Program-made: the position numbers and the translations under genes | In this document: positions 39,376 to 52,292 of the stretch, piece after piece | Layout: each line of letters starts with the position of its first letter | Numbering within the stretch: position 1 is the first letter of the stretch | Source of the DNA: Bigelowiella natans CCMP2755 | Taxonomy: Eukaryota; Protista; Cercozoa | DNA: 64,000 nucleotides | Assembly (NCBI GenBank): GCA_000320545.1 | Contig: ADNK01002290.1 | Coordinates: 62,001-126,000 of the forward strand | Reading direction: 5' to 3' | Notes under the pieces: model-generated | Told to the model about the DNA's origin: nothing | Seen by the model: the letters and a program-made list of their open reading frames with translations, nothing else | The model's database searches: none

Positions 39376-42008
39376 ATGAAGTGGACAATCTTCTTGGCAT
39401 TTTTGCCAGTGTTTGCCAACTCTATTGAGAACTTCATCGCATGCTACGATGGAAAGAATACTCCTTACGCCACTCACGTCTGCCCGTACTCTGGTATGAA
39501 GCACGCCAACCCAACATACTTCTCGCATATTGTTCAAGCTTTGGTTTGATGCAGATGGAGAAACTTTAGTCCAGCGATGGGATGCAACCCCTGTATTATT
39601 CTCCATTATGGAGGCTATAATGGGATCTTACATTACGATCATGTACATCAAGCGTCTAGCGATCGTAAGTTAACATATCCCTACCCTACGTATTCATGTT
39701 TGAAGAACAAACTCTGATTTTTGATACAATCAGGTACGGGAGAGAATGTATTACAAGATATTTGTCATCATGAGTGGAATTAGTTTTGGATTCTGCGCTG
39801 TGTGGACAATGCACTTTATCGGAATGAAAGCGCTGGTTCTTGGAGATAAAAAAATAAACATCCAAGTCGATGGTGGAGCAGAGGTTGAAGTCTTTGCTAT
39901 TGTGGAACTTCAATTTGAGGTTAGCAAAATATGACAGTGCTGTTGAATCTCATCAAATAGTGTATTAATTATCAACCTCTACTCCAGGGAACAATGACGA
40001 TAATCAGCCTAGTGGCTGCTGTAAGCTTGGTGACGACAACAATACAATTTCTTCTGACATTGATTGAAACAGGTATCTCACTTCGAGTTTATCACAGGTT
40101 TCGGTAGCTGTAACTCTAATCAGCATTCGAGACTTAAAAAGCGAAGGATTTACATGGGGAGCAGAGGATGTCAAAATTGTGAAAGTTGCTATTGGGTTAG
40201 CAGTTGCAGTGGGTGTTATGCACTATTTAGGCATGTGGGCACAATCGGGAAAGTTTAATATCCACTGGAATGGCGGGGTAGGATGACAAGCCCTGAACGA
40301 TATGTTCGATACATTTCCGTATCCTGTGACCTTTTATTTATAAATTGCAAAATGCCTGTGATACCTCTTCAGTGTTCTAATATCTATCACGTTAAATTAG
40401 ATTATCTTTGCTAGCGTTCTCCTGGCTCTAGTGGTCGTCTATGTGGGGTTGAAGATACTTTTCACTCAACGGATTGTGGATTCTGTGCAAAATCAAATGC
40501 TCACTGCAGTTGTAATTGGATTGGCTGTTTGTTCGGTCCACTATACAGGAATGCAGTCTGCAACATACACATACAAAGCAAGTGGATACAGAGACACCGC
40601 TTACAGCATATGGGTTGATGATTTTGGGAGCAGCTATTTTTTGCTCTCTTTAGGGATAATCAAGTTTGTTTTGGGCCTGTCCCTACATTCTTATGATATG
40701 TATATCAAGAGTGCTGCGTTTGACATGTTGGAGAAGGAGTTGTACGACCGTTGTCATTTGAAGATGAAGAGTGCATTCGTAGAAAACGAGGACTCTAGAG
40801 AGAGCACCTTTATAACTGGCATTGGCGGCGGCGAAACCTCTGATGCTGAAAGTTGTGTTGAACTGGTTTCTCCCAAAATGGTTGGTAGCACACCAGCCAC
40901 ACCATGTGAAAACGATCAAAAGAGCGCTTTCTCCATCTTTATCGATACGAAAAAGGATAGCGATAAAGAAGATAAGAAAGCAAAACCCGAAACGAAAACC
41001 GAAGCGGAATTGCAGTGTCCAACGTCTCTGAATCAAACAGTAGGGTCACAGCATCTGGCCTTAGCAATTCCGAATCAAAATTTAGAAAATACACCGTCTC
41101 GAGACATAAGCCCAGTGCCCAGCCCAATGCCCAGCCCAATGCCCAGCCCGACGCCAAAACGAAGGGTGTTAGCAATCAATGCGAATCGAAAATCAGAAAT
41201 TTCACCATCCCGAGACATAAACCCAATGCCCAGCCCGACGCCAAAAAACAGAGCGTTAACAAGCAATGAGAAACCTGTCAAAAGTGAGAGTATGAAGACC
41301 CAAATCAAGCTCGAAAAGAAATTTCAACAATCATCTCGACGTTCGAAAACGTCAACTCAAACGGTTGATAGCATTTCTTTCCCTGGGGGACAGGAATCCT
41401 CGAATACAGTTAATGTTGTATCAACCTTCCCAAATTTTAACACGAAGATAGCTCAATCAATGGAATTGATGACCCTTAAAATTAAAGAGGCAAGCAAGGA
41501 TCCAAATCGTTTGTTGAAGATGGTTCGGGTTGAGTCAAACTACTCGATTGACATTATGACGCTGATAAATATATACAAGAAACAGAAGAAGCAACTGTGC
41601 CGCGAAATTCAATATTTCCAAATGCCAAGATTCATTCGACCCGCCGTTGGTGAATCAAGAGTTCTTTCCTCTTTGCCCTCGAAAATAGTATTTGAACAGA
41701 CTCGTGGATGGAAAATAGAGCAGAACCGTCTGAAGAAGATTATTAAAAAGCAACAGCAGGAGCTACGTAGAAGAACCAAGAGGATGAATTCAATGCTCCG
41801 ACGCAGTAATCGATCTGGATCTAGAAATAGGGGGAAAGGTAATAAACACAGCCGAAATCCCAGCCTCGAAGCTTCAATGCCAGGAAAAAGTCTGCGAGCA
41901 TCAATACAAACACAGCAAACTGGGAACCCAAAGAAAGTTCAGAACCAAAGCGAAATACAGATGACTCTCGTTGCCAACACAGGATGTAACACACCAAAAA
42001 AAGTCTGA
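39376..42008 (+). CDS. MHYT-domain integral membrane sensor with a long disordered C-terminal tail
   Basis: Three MHYT repeats: VWTMHFIGMKAL, VGVMHYLGMWA, CSVHYTGMQSA. Signal-like N-terminus MKWTIFLAFLPVFANS. Last exon lies in ORF 40431..42008. Confidence 0.85.
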
Positions 42009-42023
42009 GCATCAGGCCAATCG

Positions 42024-42757
42024 TTAGCAAGTTCAATTTGGCAGCATGTTGCGCTGCACAGCATCATGATGTGTGCCTAGGCATTTTCTGATGCAATCAA
42101 CCGGCCATGTGTTTGCCGTCCACAAACTGATTGACATGCTAGATGTGGCAGCTGCAACAGAGACCTAAGAGTGAACGCACGTCTATCTTTCTCGCTGCGC
42201 GCACGCAAACCTTCATTGTTGCAGTTCTGTAGAGTTGCGCTTCGATTTGATGCAGAGAGCTGATGCGGGCAGCGAGTGCACACGGGCAAGCTAGCATAAT
42301 TAGCAAGGTGGCAGGTCGTCGTGCCTGTAGCAGCTGGTGTTTGCATTGGTTGTTGCGACAACAGCAATGGTGTTGCTGGCCATGCATGCGCGCACATTCG
42401 TTCAGACGCACGTCGCGCGGCGCGGCTGCGAAACACCAGAACGAGCTGCCGCTGATCGATGCGACAAGGACCTGGACGCACGTCTGAATCGGACGTGCTA
42501 GCGTGATGATAGCTAGATGGCATGTGCACACTCCAGATGTTCGTGTTGTGCGTGTGCACAGTGTGCACTGTCTAGACTGTGTCCGTTGTTCCATTGTTGC
42601 TCTCAAGACTGCTGGCTGGCACACTCCAGATGTTCGTGTTGTGCGTGTGCACTGTGTCCGTTGTTCCAGTGTTGCTCTTAAAACTGCTGGCTAGCTAGCT
42701 AGAAGCATCTGTCATTGCGCCCACTCCAGCACTCATTGCCAAATTGGACACTGCTAG
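42024..42757. mobile_element. Candidate MITE-like element within a TpA-depleted patch (42020-43195)
   Basis: Imperfect inverted ends ttagcaagttcaatttggca versus (rc) ctagcagtgtccaatttggca, with a perfect 10-bp core. Interior lacks most TA except CTAG. No TSD identified. Confidence 0.45.
42526..42693 (+). repeat. Tandem duplication (93-bp and 75-bp copies)
   Basis: gcacactccagatgttcgtgttgtgcgtgtgcac... begins at 42526 and 42619. Confidence 0.9.
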
Positions 42758-43403
42758 CTAGCTAGACTGGCTGCTGGCGGGCTAGCGGGCTAGCGAGGGC
42801 AACAACAACTCCAGAACTGGTCACAGCCGCGGCTTCCATGTTTGTGACCTGTCAATGCATTGCAAGCCACTCGCTGCGCCGCGTGCAGTGCACAGTCGCA
42901 TGAGTGTGCGGCGCGACAGTGGACGTGAAGAAGTTTGGAGGGCCAGGGAGCTAGTTGCTTTGCTCGTGCCAGCATGGAAGTTTGGATTGACAAACAATGC
43001 TCACAGGACTTGATGGGAAAATCTCCCTCGTCCGTCGCGTTTGTGTTTGATTGACTGTTGAATGAGTGTGAATGAATGATTGCAGATTGACGTTCACTTC
43101 GATGAAGAAGCAATTTGATGAGGTTTGAGGCATTGCCACGCATCAGGAGGAAGCATTTCAAAAAATGGTCAGTCGCTGCAGTCAATGAATGTGCTTTTAG
43201 GCGCCAATAATTTAATCATAATGGAGTTTTTTAGATGTCGCATTCGTAAAATGTAAGGGAAACAACAAACATCCTTTATCGACAAGAGGACATGCTACGC
43301 TGAAAATTTCCAGCTGATTTCGATAGAGACAGAAGGGGTGCGCAACACTGACAGACAGACTGACAGAACAACACACCCAGCGATTAGTAACATTATTCGC
43401 TAA

Positions 43404-45702
43404 ATGGACACAACTGCCTCCGCTCCAAATGTCCCTAAGCCTCAGCTCAACGAGCTAAAGGCTGAAAACTTCCCAGCGCTGAAAAATGACTTGATATTGA
43501 GAGCTGCAATGGGTCTAAAGACAGAACGCGTACCCATATGGTGCCATCGCCAAGCAGGCCGCTATTTGCCCGAGTACGTACATTGTGAAGATCCTCTTTT
43601 AAATTTATGCACATAACTTAAGAAAGTATGGGGTTCTGCGTCACAGCATTGATGATGAGAAGATTTCGAACATAAATAATGTTAGGTACCACTCTGTGCG
43701 GAACATTGCCGATTTCTTCACCATCTGCCGGACACCACACCTTGCTTGCGAGATTACTCTTCAACCCATACGGCGATTCCCGCTTGATGCAGCGATTATA
43801 TTCTCAGATATTCTTGTGATCCCTCAAGCTATGGGGTTGGAAGTCAAGATGGTGAAGGGGAAGGGCCCTGTGCTTCCTCAGGTAATAGTAACCGATTTGC
43901 TTTTCTTCGTGTCATGTATTACTTTGAAGATATAATAATTCTTGATACTTTCCAGCCGCTTAAAGATCCCGAACACATGAAAAGATTGAAAAAACTGAAA
44001 GATATAGACGTGAAGAAAGATCTGGGATATGTGATGCAGGCGATCACGCTTACCAGACACAGGTTATTTATTTATAATTTACCATATCAGCCGCTGCTTC
44101 TTTTGCTGCAACACTTACTCAAGTGAATGATGATAGTGATAATTGGGGCTGTGGTGATGATGAGAATGATGATAATACTCGTCCGCACCTATCTACACAT
44201 TTCGCTATGATTGCAATTGCTTTCCATAGCTTATTCTATTCATTTATATTTGTATTTCTGTTTTAAACAACAACTTATATGACTGGTGCTACTAGGTTGG
44301 AAGGCAAAGTCCCTATCATCGGGTTTTCTGGGGCACCTTGGACTCTAATGGCGTATATGGTACAGGGTGAAGGAGCAAAAAGCTACTATAAAGCAAAAAC
44401 GTGGCTGTACAAGTAATTTGCTAACATTCTTGTACACTCCCCCCTTTCAGTGATCCTAATAGTCTCTTTTTCTCTAACATAGATATCCGCATAAAGCGCA
44501 CGAATTGATGGAAATGACTGCAGTCGTAATCATTGACTATCTCGTGGCCCAGGTAATTATTATATCTCAGATATATGCGTCTTCTTCTTGTTGTTGTTGT
44601 TATTCTTGTTGTCGTTGACTTTTTGACCTACGTACATATTCAAGCCCCTCAAATCAACAATTATGATGATATGATGAGAAGAAGTAGTACTTTTTGTGCA
44701 GGGAGATAATTTTGGAATGATCTCTATTATCTCTTGCATCGCATCCATGTATTTTTGTTCTCTATATTATTCATTGCAAAGCTATATATTCGCATTGTCC
44801 TTCTTCTTCATTTCTTGTTTATCATCATCCATATTGGGAGAATAGGTGGAGGCAGGAGCGCAGATGCTAGAAGTTTTTGATTCTTGGGCTGGAGATCTTA
44901 CACAAGAGGCCTTCGCAGAGTTCAGGTGGTTTTGACAACATACTACTTCTTGGCAGTGATGACGGAATAAGTAGGAGATGGGGAGGGGAAAGATTGTAGG
45001 GGCACTATAAATAGCTCTTTACTTCTTTTCTCTGCTCCTTCTCCTCCTAAATGTTAGCTTACCTTACTTGAAGAAAATTGCAACCAAGGTCGTCAATGTC
45101 TGAAGATAATGATGATGATAATGATCATGGGAAGTAGTACTCGATGTTTTGATAATAGCCAAAAATCATGATGATGATGGTGATGATGATGATGATGATA
45201 ATTGGACTTGTCGGCGGCAAGAAGACTTGAATCTCTTATTCAATCAGCGAATATAGCTTACAAGCTTCGTTTATCCTACAAGATGGGGACATGATACCCA
45301 TCCGTTGTAACGTCGTCTGTCTGTTGTAATGAAAGATGAGCAAGTGATCATCTTCATAATCGCAACCTCAATCACGTGCCTAAGCATCCATGCCTTTCTC
45401 CTCCTCCTCCTCTTTTTATTCAGGTAAAGGCAAAGCTCCGCGAAAGGAAAATGGAGGTTGTTCCAATGACAATTTTCGCTAGAGGTGCTGATTGGGCTCT
45501 TGAGGAACTTGCAAATAGCGACTACGATGTCTTATCACTGAATTGGACAGTGAACCCTATCGATGCACGCAAGCAAGTTGGATCTAAATCACTACAAGGC
45601 AACTTGGAACCGGCAGTTTTGTTTGCTGATGGACCCAGGATAAGAAGGTACACGTGTAGTAGACACAAGAAGAAGAAACAATCAATAATATTGTGTGGTA
45701 AC

Positions 45703-45733
<31 letters not shown>

Positions 45734-46080
45734 CCCCCTAATTCGTTACAATAGAGTGCAATCGGCTACTTAAGCAGAGATGCTAAATATTGTGTTTTGC
45801 TAAATATGCCGATGTAGAGACAAGGGGGGGGGGGGGAGAATTCACGGATAAGTAGCACTTAACATGTTTTTATTTCGTCATCTCAAAACTTGGGAATCAT
45901 ATTCACAGCGAAGCTGCCAAAATGGTAAAATCGTTCGGTACTCACGGGTATATTGCTAATCTTGGGCATGGAATGTTGCCAAGCATGAAGCCTGAAGCAT
46001 TAGAGGTCTTCGTTGATGAAGTTCACAAATGCTCAGAAAGCATGGCCAAAGGAAAGAAACGCAAAGAAGCTTCTACCTAA
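43404..46080 (+). CDS. UROD: Uroporphyrinogen decarboxylase, eukaryotic cytosolic type
   Basis: [13 protein letters not shown]...[69 protein letters not shown]. Stop TAA at 46078-46080. Confidence 0.97.
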
Positions 46081-46198
46081 TGATGTGGGGTGATGAACAT
46101 AATGAATAGAGAGTACTTCATATATTTCATTTGATGGAACCATGCTTTACAAATAATACCATATGTAGTACTTTGATTAATATCATACGCTCTCGCTG

Positions 46199-46272
46199 TG
46201 TAAGACGAATGTAATCAATCAAATTAAATTTGTTCAATGGTCATCCTCATGTAGCTGTGCAATGCAGCAGCT
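46199..46272 (+). repeat. Dispersed repeat copy B, homologous to 31173-31245
   Basis: See copy A. Lies in the convergent UROD/helicase intergenic spacer. Confidence 0.75.
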
Positions 46273-46806
46273 CTCGCTGTGTGGCATGGCACGCAGCTTT
46301 ATTTGTATATTTCGCCGAAGGGCACAAATGAAATCGATGCATGCTGTGTCTATGGTAACGTACAATCTAGATTCTTGTATATATATGATGCATCAAATAC
46401 GATGGCAGCGCTACTTAGCCGCCATTACACAAGCAAGCCTTCTAGCCTTGATCAAAAATGCAAGGAGAGCAATACGCAAAACTAGTACTAGACTTACTCT
46501 ACATAATTACGCACTGTCATAATTGTCGCACACAAATATAGACTCAATCGTGTTGCCTTATTATGCGCCATCCTAGCATCTTTACTACGTACGGTGCATC
46601 ATTTACAAAGCGCATCATCCGGTGTACGTCTAGCAAGTTATTGCACTATATGTTTGTCTCTGTGGGCAATTGATTGATTAATTTGTGCAGGCAAAAGCAT
46701 ATTTATAGATTACGTGTTTGAAGGGAAGTAAATCAAAGCTTGAGTATGCAAGCCCATTATTGAATTTCTAATGTTCCCCATGACCAACTGCTGATTTGTC
46801 ACAGTA

Positions 46807-47324
46807 CTATGTTAAATCACTTGCTCCGTTTACATCGCCAAAAGCGGCCTCAGCATACGTCTTGGCGCCACGAGACTGCAACAGAAAAATACGATTTTAT
46901 CCAGTTGAAATGATACATTTGTGCTAAGCTACATGCGCTACTTAGTACTGATGATCATCATTATCATCATGATGATCATTACTTCGATCCACGTAAGCCA
47001 ATTTCCCCAGTGTGGGTCATATGAGAGCGTGTCTTCCTGTGTGGATAAATAAGTGATGTTTATTACCAACAGAGAAGTAGAAAGAGAGAAAAGTAAAAGA
47101 GAAAGAGAGAAATAGAGAGAGGGACAAATGAGAAAGACGTGAGAAGAATTACGACGTTTTCTCCACATTAATTAAACATAACGTGTGACACAAAGTAAGC
47201 TGGCAAGAAATAAGGTGACAATATAAGATGAAGAATAAGTGATACATTTCCAACCACAAGTAGGCCATATCTTGCTCTAGTAAGGGCCTGGGTAGATAGG
47301 TAGGTAGTACGTAGCAGGAGATGG

Positions 47325-47357
<33 letters not shown>

Positions 47358-48478
47358 TTTACTATGCATTGTTGAGCAAGTATACCAACATATTCATACC
47401 ACGTTCACACGTCGCCAGTCCTTCAAAAATCTGTAACATTACAGTCACAAACTAAGTAAGAATTGCTATTATTTATTGGTATTACTATTTTCACAAACAC
47501 TGCCAACAGTGTTATTCCTACTACTTCTATATATAAATTTGGATGAGGAAGAAGAAGAAGAAAGAAGAAGAAGAAGAGATAGAATGACGATAAGGGGTAA
47601 ATACATACCCTACGGAGCCTCTTTCATTTGCAACAACCTAGCAATCACATAAGCATAAGACCGACCGATGAGGATGATGAGGATGATGATATATCAGTCA
47701 GTCGGTTATATGATGGTGATGGTGGTCATAATGGTGGAGACCAACATCAAAATTTGGATTGAAAAGCACACAACCAAGTCATCTATGGAGAAAATTGAGG
47801 AGGAAAATAAGGAATTGAGCAATTGATGATGGGTGAAATGACCGTTGACATAATGATGAGATCCTTTTCCCTGCCCTGATACCTATTGTTATCATGCGAA
47901 CAACGTCGTTATTGACCGTCATCATCCCTCAAAACAAAGAACGATGAATAGTTAGATGCATACGAATCGAGGAGAAACATTACATTGCCTGTAAACTACT
48001 TATCTTAATGATTCTTTCTTCTTTATGGCCACCGCCTTTATCACCATATCACCACTGCTAACTTTCCCCTTAACGTACTCACCCATCTACGGTCTTGATT
48101 TCAACCGAGAAATTAAACTTGGACTCGATGCTTTTAATTTCGACGTCTTGTTCCACCAGTCTATGAAGAAGCAGCAAAAATGGGAGGAGGAGGAGGAGGA
48201 GGAGGAGGAGGAGGAGGAGGAGGAAGAGAAGAAGAAGAAGAAGGATGATGGTAAACTCTATTGATCATAGTGATGATGATAATGAAAATGGTAACTGACA
48301 ACTACAAATGGCGCTAGTTGCATAGCATAACAAGTACAGAAACGGCATGATATTTCATACTGTTTGAGTTTTGATATTTGGGATGCATAAGGAGAGATGA
48401 CGCCGAGAGAAGCAGGCTCGACACCTATTGATTTGGTTTATCATTTTCATGATTATCAGCAGCACCAATAGCAATATC

Positions 48479-48516
<38 letters not shown>

Positions 48517-49550
48517 CAGGATAAAAATCAACTGATACATGGAAATTTACCCGATTTCAAGAGTCTTCGTAGGCACTCAACCACAACTCTAATAGTAATA
48601 CCACATTTAGACAGGAGAAGTGAGTGTGTGAGTGTGAGTGTGAGTGTGAGTGTGAGTGCATTCATCCGCTCATCTTGATTTCTTTTTCCACCCTCCAATT
48701 TATTCCATCTTCCCCCCCCCCCTTCTCTTTCTCTCACGTACACGCACACACACACATTTAACTTTATTTTCCTTTCGAGGAGGAAGAGAAGGAAGAGAAA
48801 GCAAGGTATCGGTTGTCACTTCTTCCAAAAGATTTAAGAAACTGTTTGTGTGACCTTGCTTCATGCATATTGTGTCTGCTTTTTGTATCTAAGTCAATAG
48901 CATCCTCGCCTAAACAAAAGTATTGTCACTTAATTATTGCTGCCTCCTCCCTTCCATACACGCAAAAAGCGAAGGTGTATTCTTATCACAAGTAATCATT
49001 ATTTTCATCATATTCATCATCATCATCAATATCATCATTGGTCATAATACCTGTTGAAACCTCTATGAATACAACAGGAAATGAAGATGATTGCGACGAA
49101 TTAGAAGAAGAAGAAGAAGATCCCTGTAATTTGTACGAAAAGGACTGCGTGTCACTTTGTATTTCTCCACTGGACATTGTAGTATCAGTCGCAAAACATA
49201 AATTCATTGTAATCATCGAGAGTACAAAGATAGGTACCAGCAGCCTGTTATGATTATCATCGTCGTCGCATCTATCATGATTGCTTTGTGAAGAACCAAG
49301 TCCAACGTTCGGCCACCAAAATTTTCTGATTAATTCTTACTTTAGCATTGTGAGTCTACCTACCTAGGATTCATGATTCTATCTATCTGTGATTCTTCTG
49401 CTAAAGCAGCTAGAGTAACATCACTGGTAGTAGTAGTAGTAGTAGTAGTAGTAGTGATAGTAGTAGTAGTAGTAGTAGCAGTAACAGTAGCACCTATTGA
49501 TGGCCCGTGTGTCTTGGTCTACACCGTTCAGTAACAGCCTTTCCACAGAA

Positions 49551-49588
<38 letters not shown>

Positions 49589-49600
49589 GCGTTGCGTTCT

Positions 49601-49659
<59 letters not shown>

Positions 49660-49682
49660 TACTACTACTACTACTAGTAGTG

Positions 49683-49715
<33 letters not shown>

Positions 49716-50955
49716 GATCTCCATACCCATTGTAGAAGCGCTGATTAGGCCATTCTGCTATGAACGGATGCATTCGATACTGATACTGCATGTAGTTGGA
49801 ATTTTAACAGTAATCATTCAAAAGTATTGTGTGTGTGTGTTTGTGTGTGTGTATGACTCATCATGGTGATAATTAACAGATGTAATTGGCCTTTCATTGT
49901 CGTCGTCGTATAGTGAATGAGGGAATGCAAGAAAGAGGCTTAAGAAACCCTGAGCATCGTTGCTGTTATGATCCCAGAACGAACAGCCCTCTCGAATAAA
50001 GACACCTACGTAATAATAGTAATAATAGTGAAAATGTTCATAATAATAGTAATAACACGGAAGCAAACAACACAAACACCAGCGAAGAACCAATCAACAA
50101 CATCAAAGTTGGACACAAGGAGCTTCAACTACTGCTGCTGCTGCTACTGCTACTACTACTACTACTACTATATTATCGCCCACAACAATCACGATCAATC
50201 GTCGTTGTGCTCAAAATGGAAGCAGAGTGGTGAATTGGATAGTATTTTAGCAAGTTGTCTCCCAAGCAGCAGAAACAGGACAAATTGCATCCAAAGTATG
50301 CCATAACACTCGACAGTAGTAATAATAGTAATGATGATGATGATGATGATGATGATGACGATGACGAGCGACTGTGAGGAGTCTCTTGCCATACCACTCC
50401 TCTCCCCCCTCTCGCCGACACTTAAATCAAACTATTATAGGGTGTAACGAGGGACTGCTACTTCTTTAGTAATACCCTCAGGGGCTCGGCTAATTTACCA
50501 CTTGAAAGGACTAACAAGTAGCAGCATTATGAAGAAGAAGAAGAAGAAGATGATGAAGATGATGATGATGTTGATGATGAAGATGATGATTGACTTCTCT
50601 AAGAATAAATGCATACTTGTGGGAGGAAGCTGATGATGATCTCCAATGAGAACAATCCGAGATGTAGCCTAAGAGCGTTATTCTCCATGTATTAGTTGTT
50701 AGTGACGATTCTTCTTCTTCTTCTTCTTCATGGAAATAATGTGTTACTCAGCACCATCCAATATGCAGCAATAGATACTGTGTGTGTATCTATTATACCT
50801 TTTTCACTGCGACTAACACCTCAGGCTCTGTAGCCTAAAATATGGCGACATTTAAAGCTGATGATGGCGGTACTTTAGGTGAGATGTACAACGACGAGAG
50901 AGATCCCATCATTATACATCTATTGTGAGTGTCAGTGAGGATGGATTTAGTGATA

Positions 50956-50997
<42 letters not shown>

Positions 50998-51356
50998 GCT
51001 TCCTCCTCACGTGCACACATCAAAGGAGGCTTATTATCATGTGAAAGAGTAGTACCTGTGCAGCCTCATCAACAAGCACCATTCCATAACGGTTGTACTC
51101 AATATTATCGACACCTTTTGAGAATAATAATAATAATAATAATAATGTATAGCGATTATAAAGGAGAAGAGGATGAAGAAGAAGTTGCTTGATAAAGAGG
51201 ATATTAAATATAGATCATGGTGGTGACGAATGTGAAAGAAAGTATAAGATGATAATGATGATGATAATGATGAGATACACAGAGTTGTGGTTGTAAGGTA
51301 GCAACTAACCAGAGCCAATGCAAGTCGTCAGTACGACATCGAATGACCGGATTACC

Positions 51357-51390
<34 letters not shown>

Positions 51391-51761
51391 ATAGTGGTGG
51401 ATGGATGGGTAGGTGCTTATAGAAAGGATGTTTTGTTGTATTGTTTCAAGTACTGATGCCTTCTGTCTCTTTTGCATTTTCCTCCTCGAAAAAAAAGGCA
51501 AAAGCACAATAACAAGCTCTACTTCGTCCCACGTATTATTGTTTAATACCTGCAGGCTTATGGACTCATATTCCTCTTCAATTGCATTGTACATTCGTGA
51601 AAGATTCCTAATAAAACACCGATAATATATTTATGGATCAAACAAGAAAAGTGTTTGCTGTCGGTGGACAATCTATCTCTTCACGTGTTATCGATCATCG
51701 TCATCATCATTATCATCACCAAGATTCTCTGTATCTATGGATGTCAATCTTCCCCCCCCCC

Positions 51762-51805
<44 letters not shown>

Positions 51806-51972
51806 GGTATGATAGCGGTATTCCTCTGTTCCTGGCTTCAATTGTTGCACCTGCAATGCATAGTTAGGGAGAGAGAGAGAGAGAGGGAGAGAGAGAGAAA
51901 GAGAGAGAGAGAAAAGACAGCAGATAGAAGATAGTAGACCACATAGTAAAAACAACGATACAACCTCATTCC

Positions 51973-52015
<43 letters not shown>

Positions 52016-52020
52016 TCTGC

Positions 52021-52063
<43 letters not shown>

Positions 52064-52259
52064 CACACACGCACAGCTCGATATATCCGATCACGATTGG
52101 CACGTCGACTTCGCATTCCCTCCAGGCATTATCATTATCATTATTGTTATTATTATTATTATTGTAATCATAACTATAAATACTATTATTACCATCATTA
52201 CTATTACTATTGTTGTTGTTATTTTGGAAGATATCATTCATCATCATTATCATCATCAT

Positions 52260-52292
<33 letters not shown>

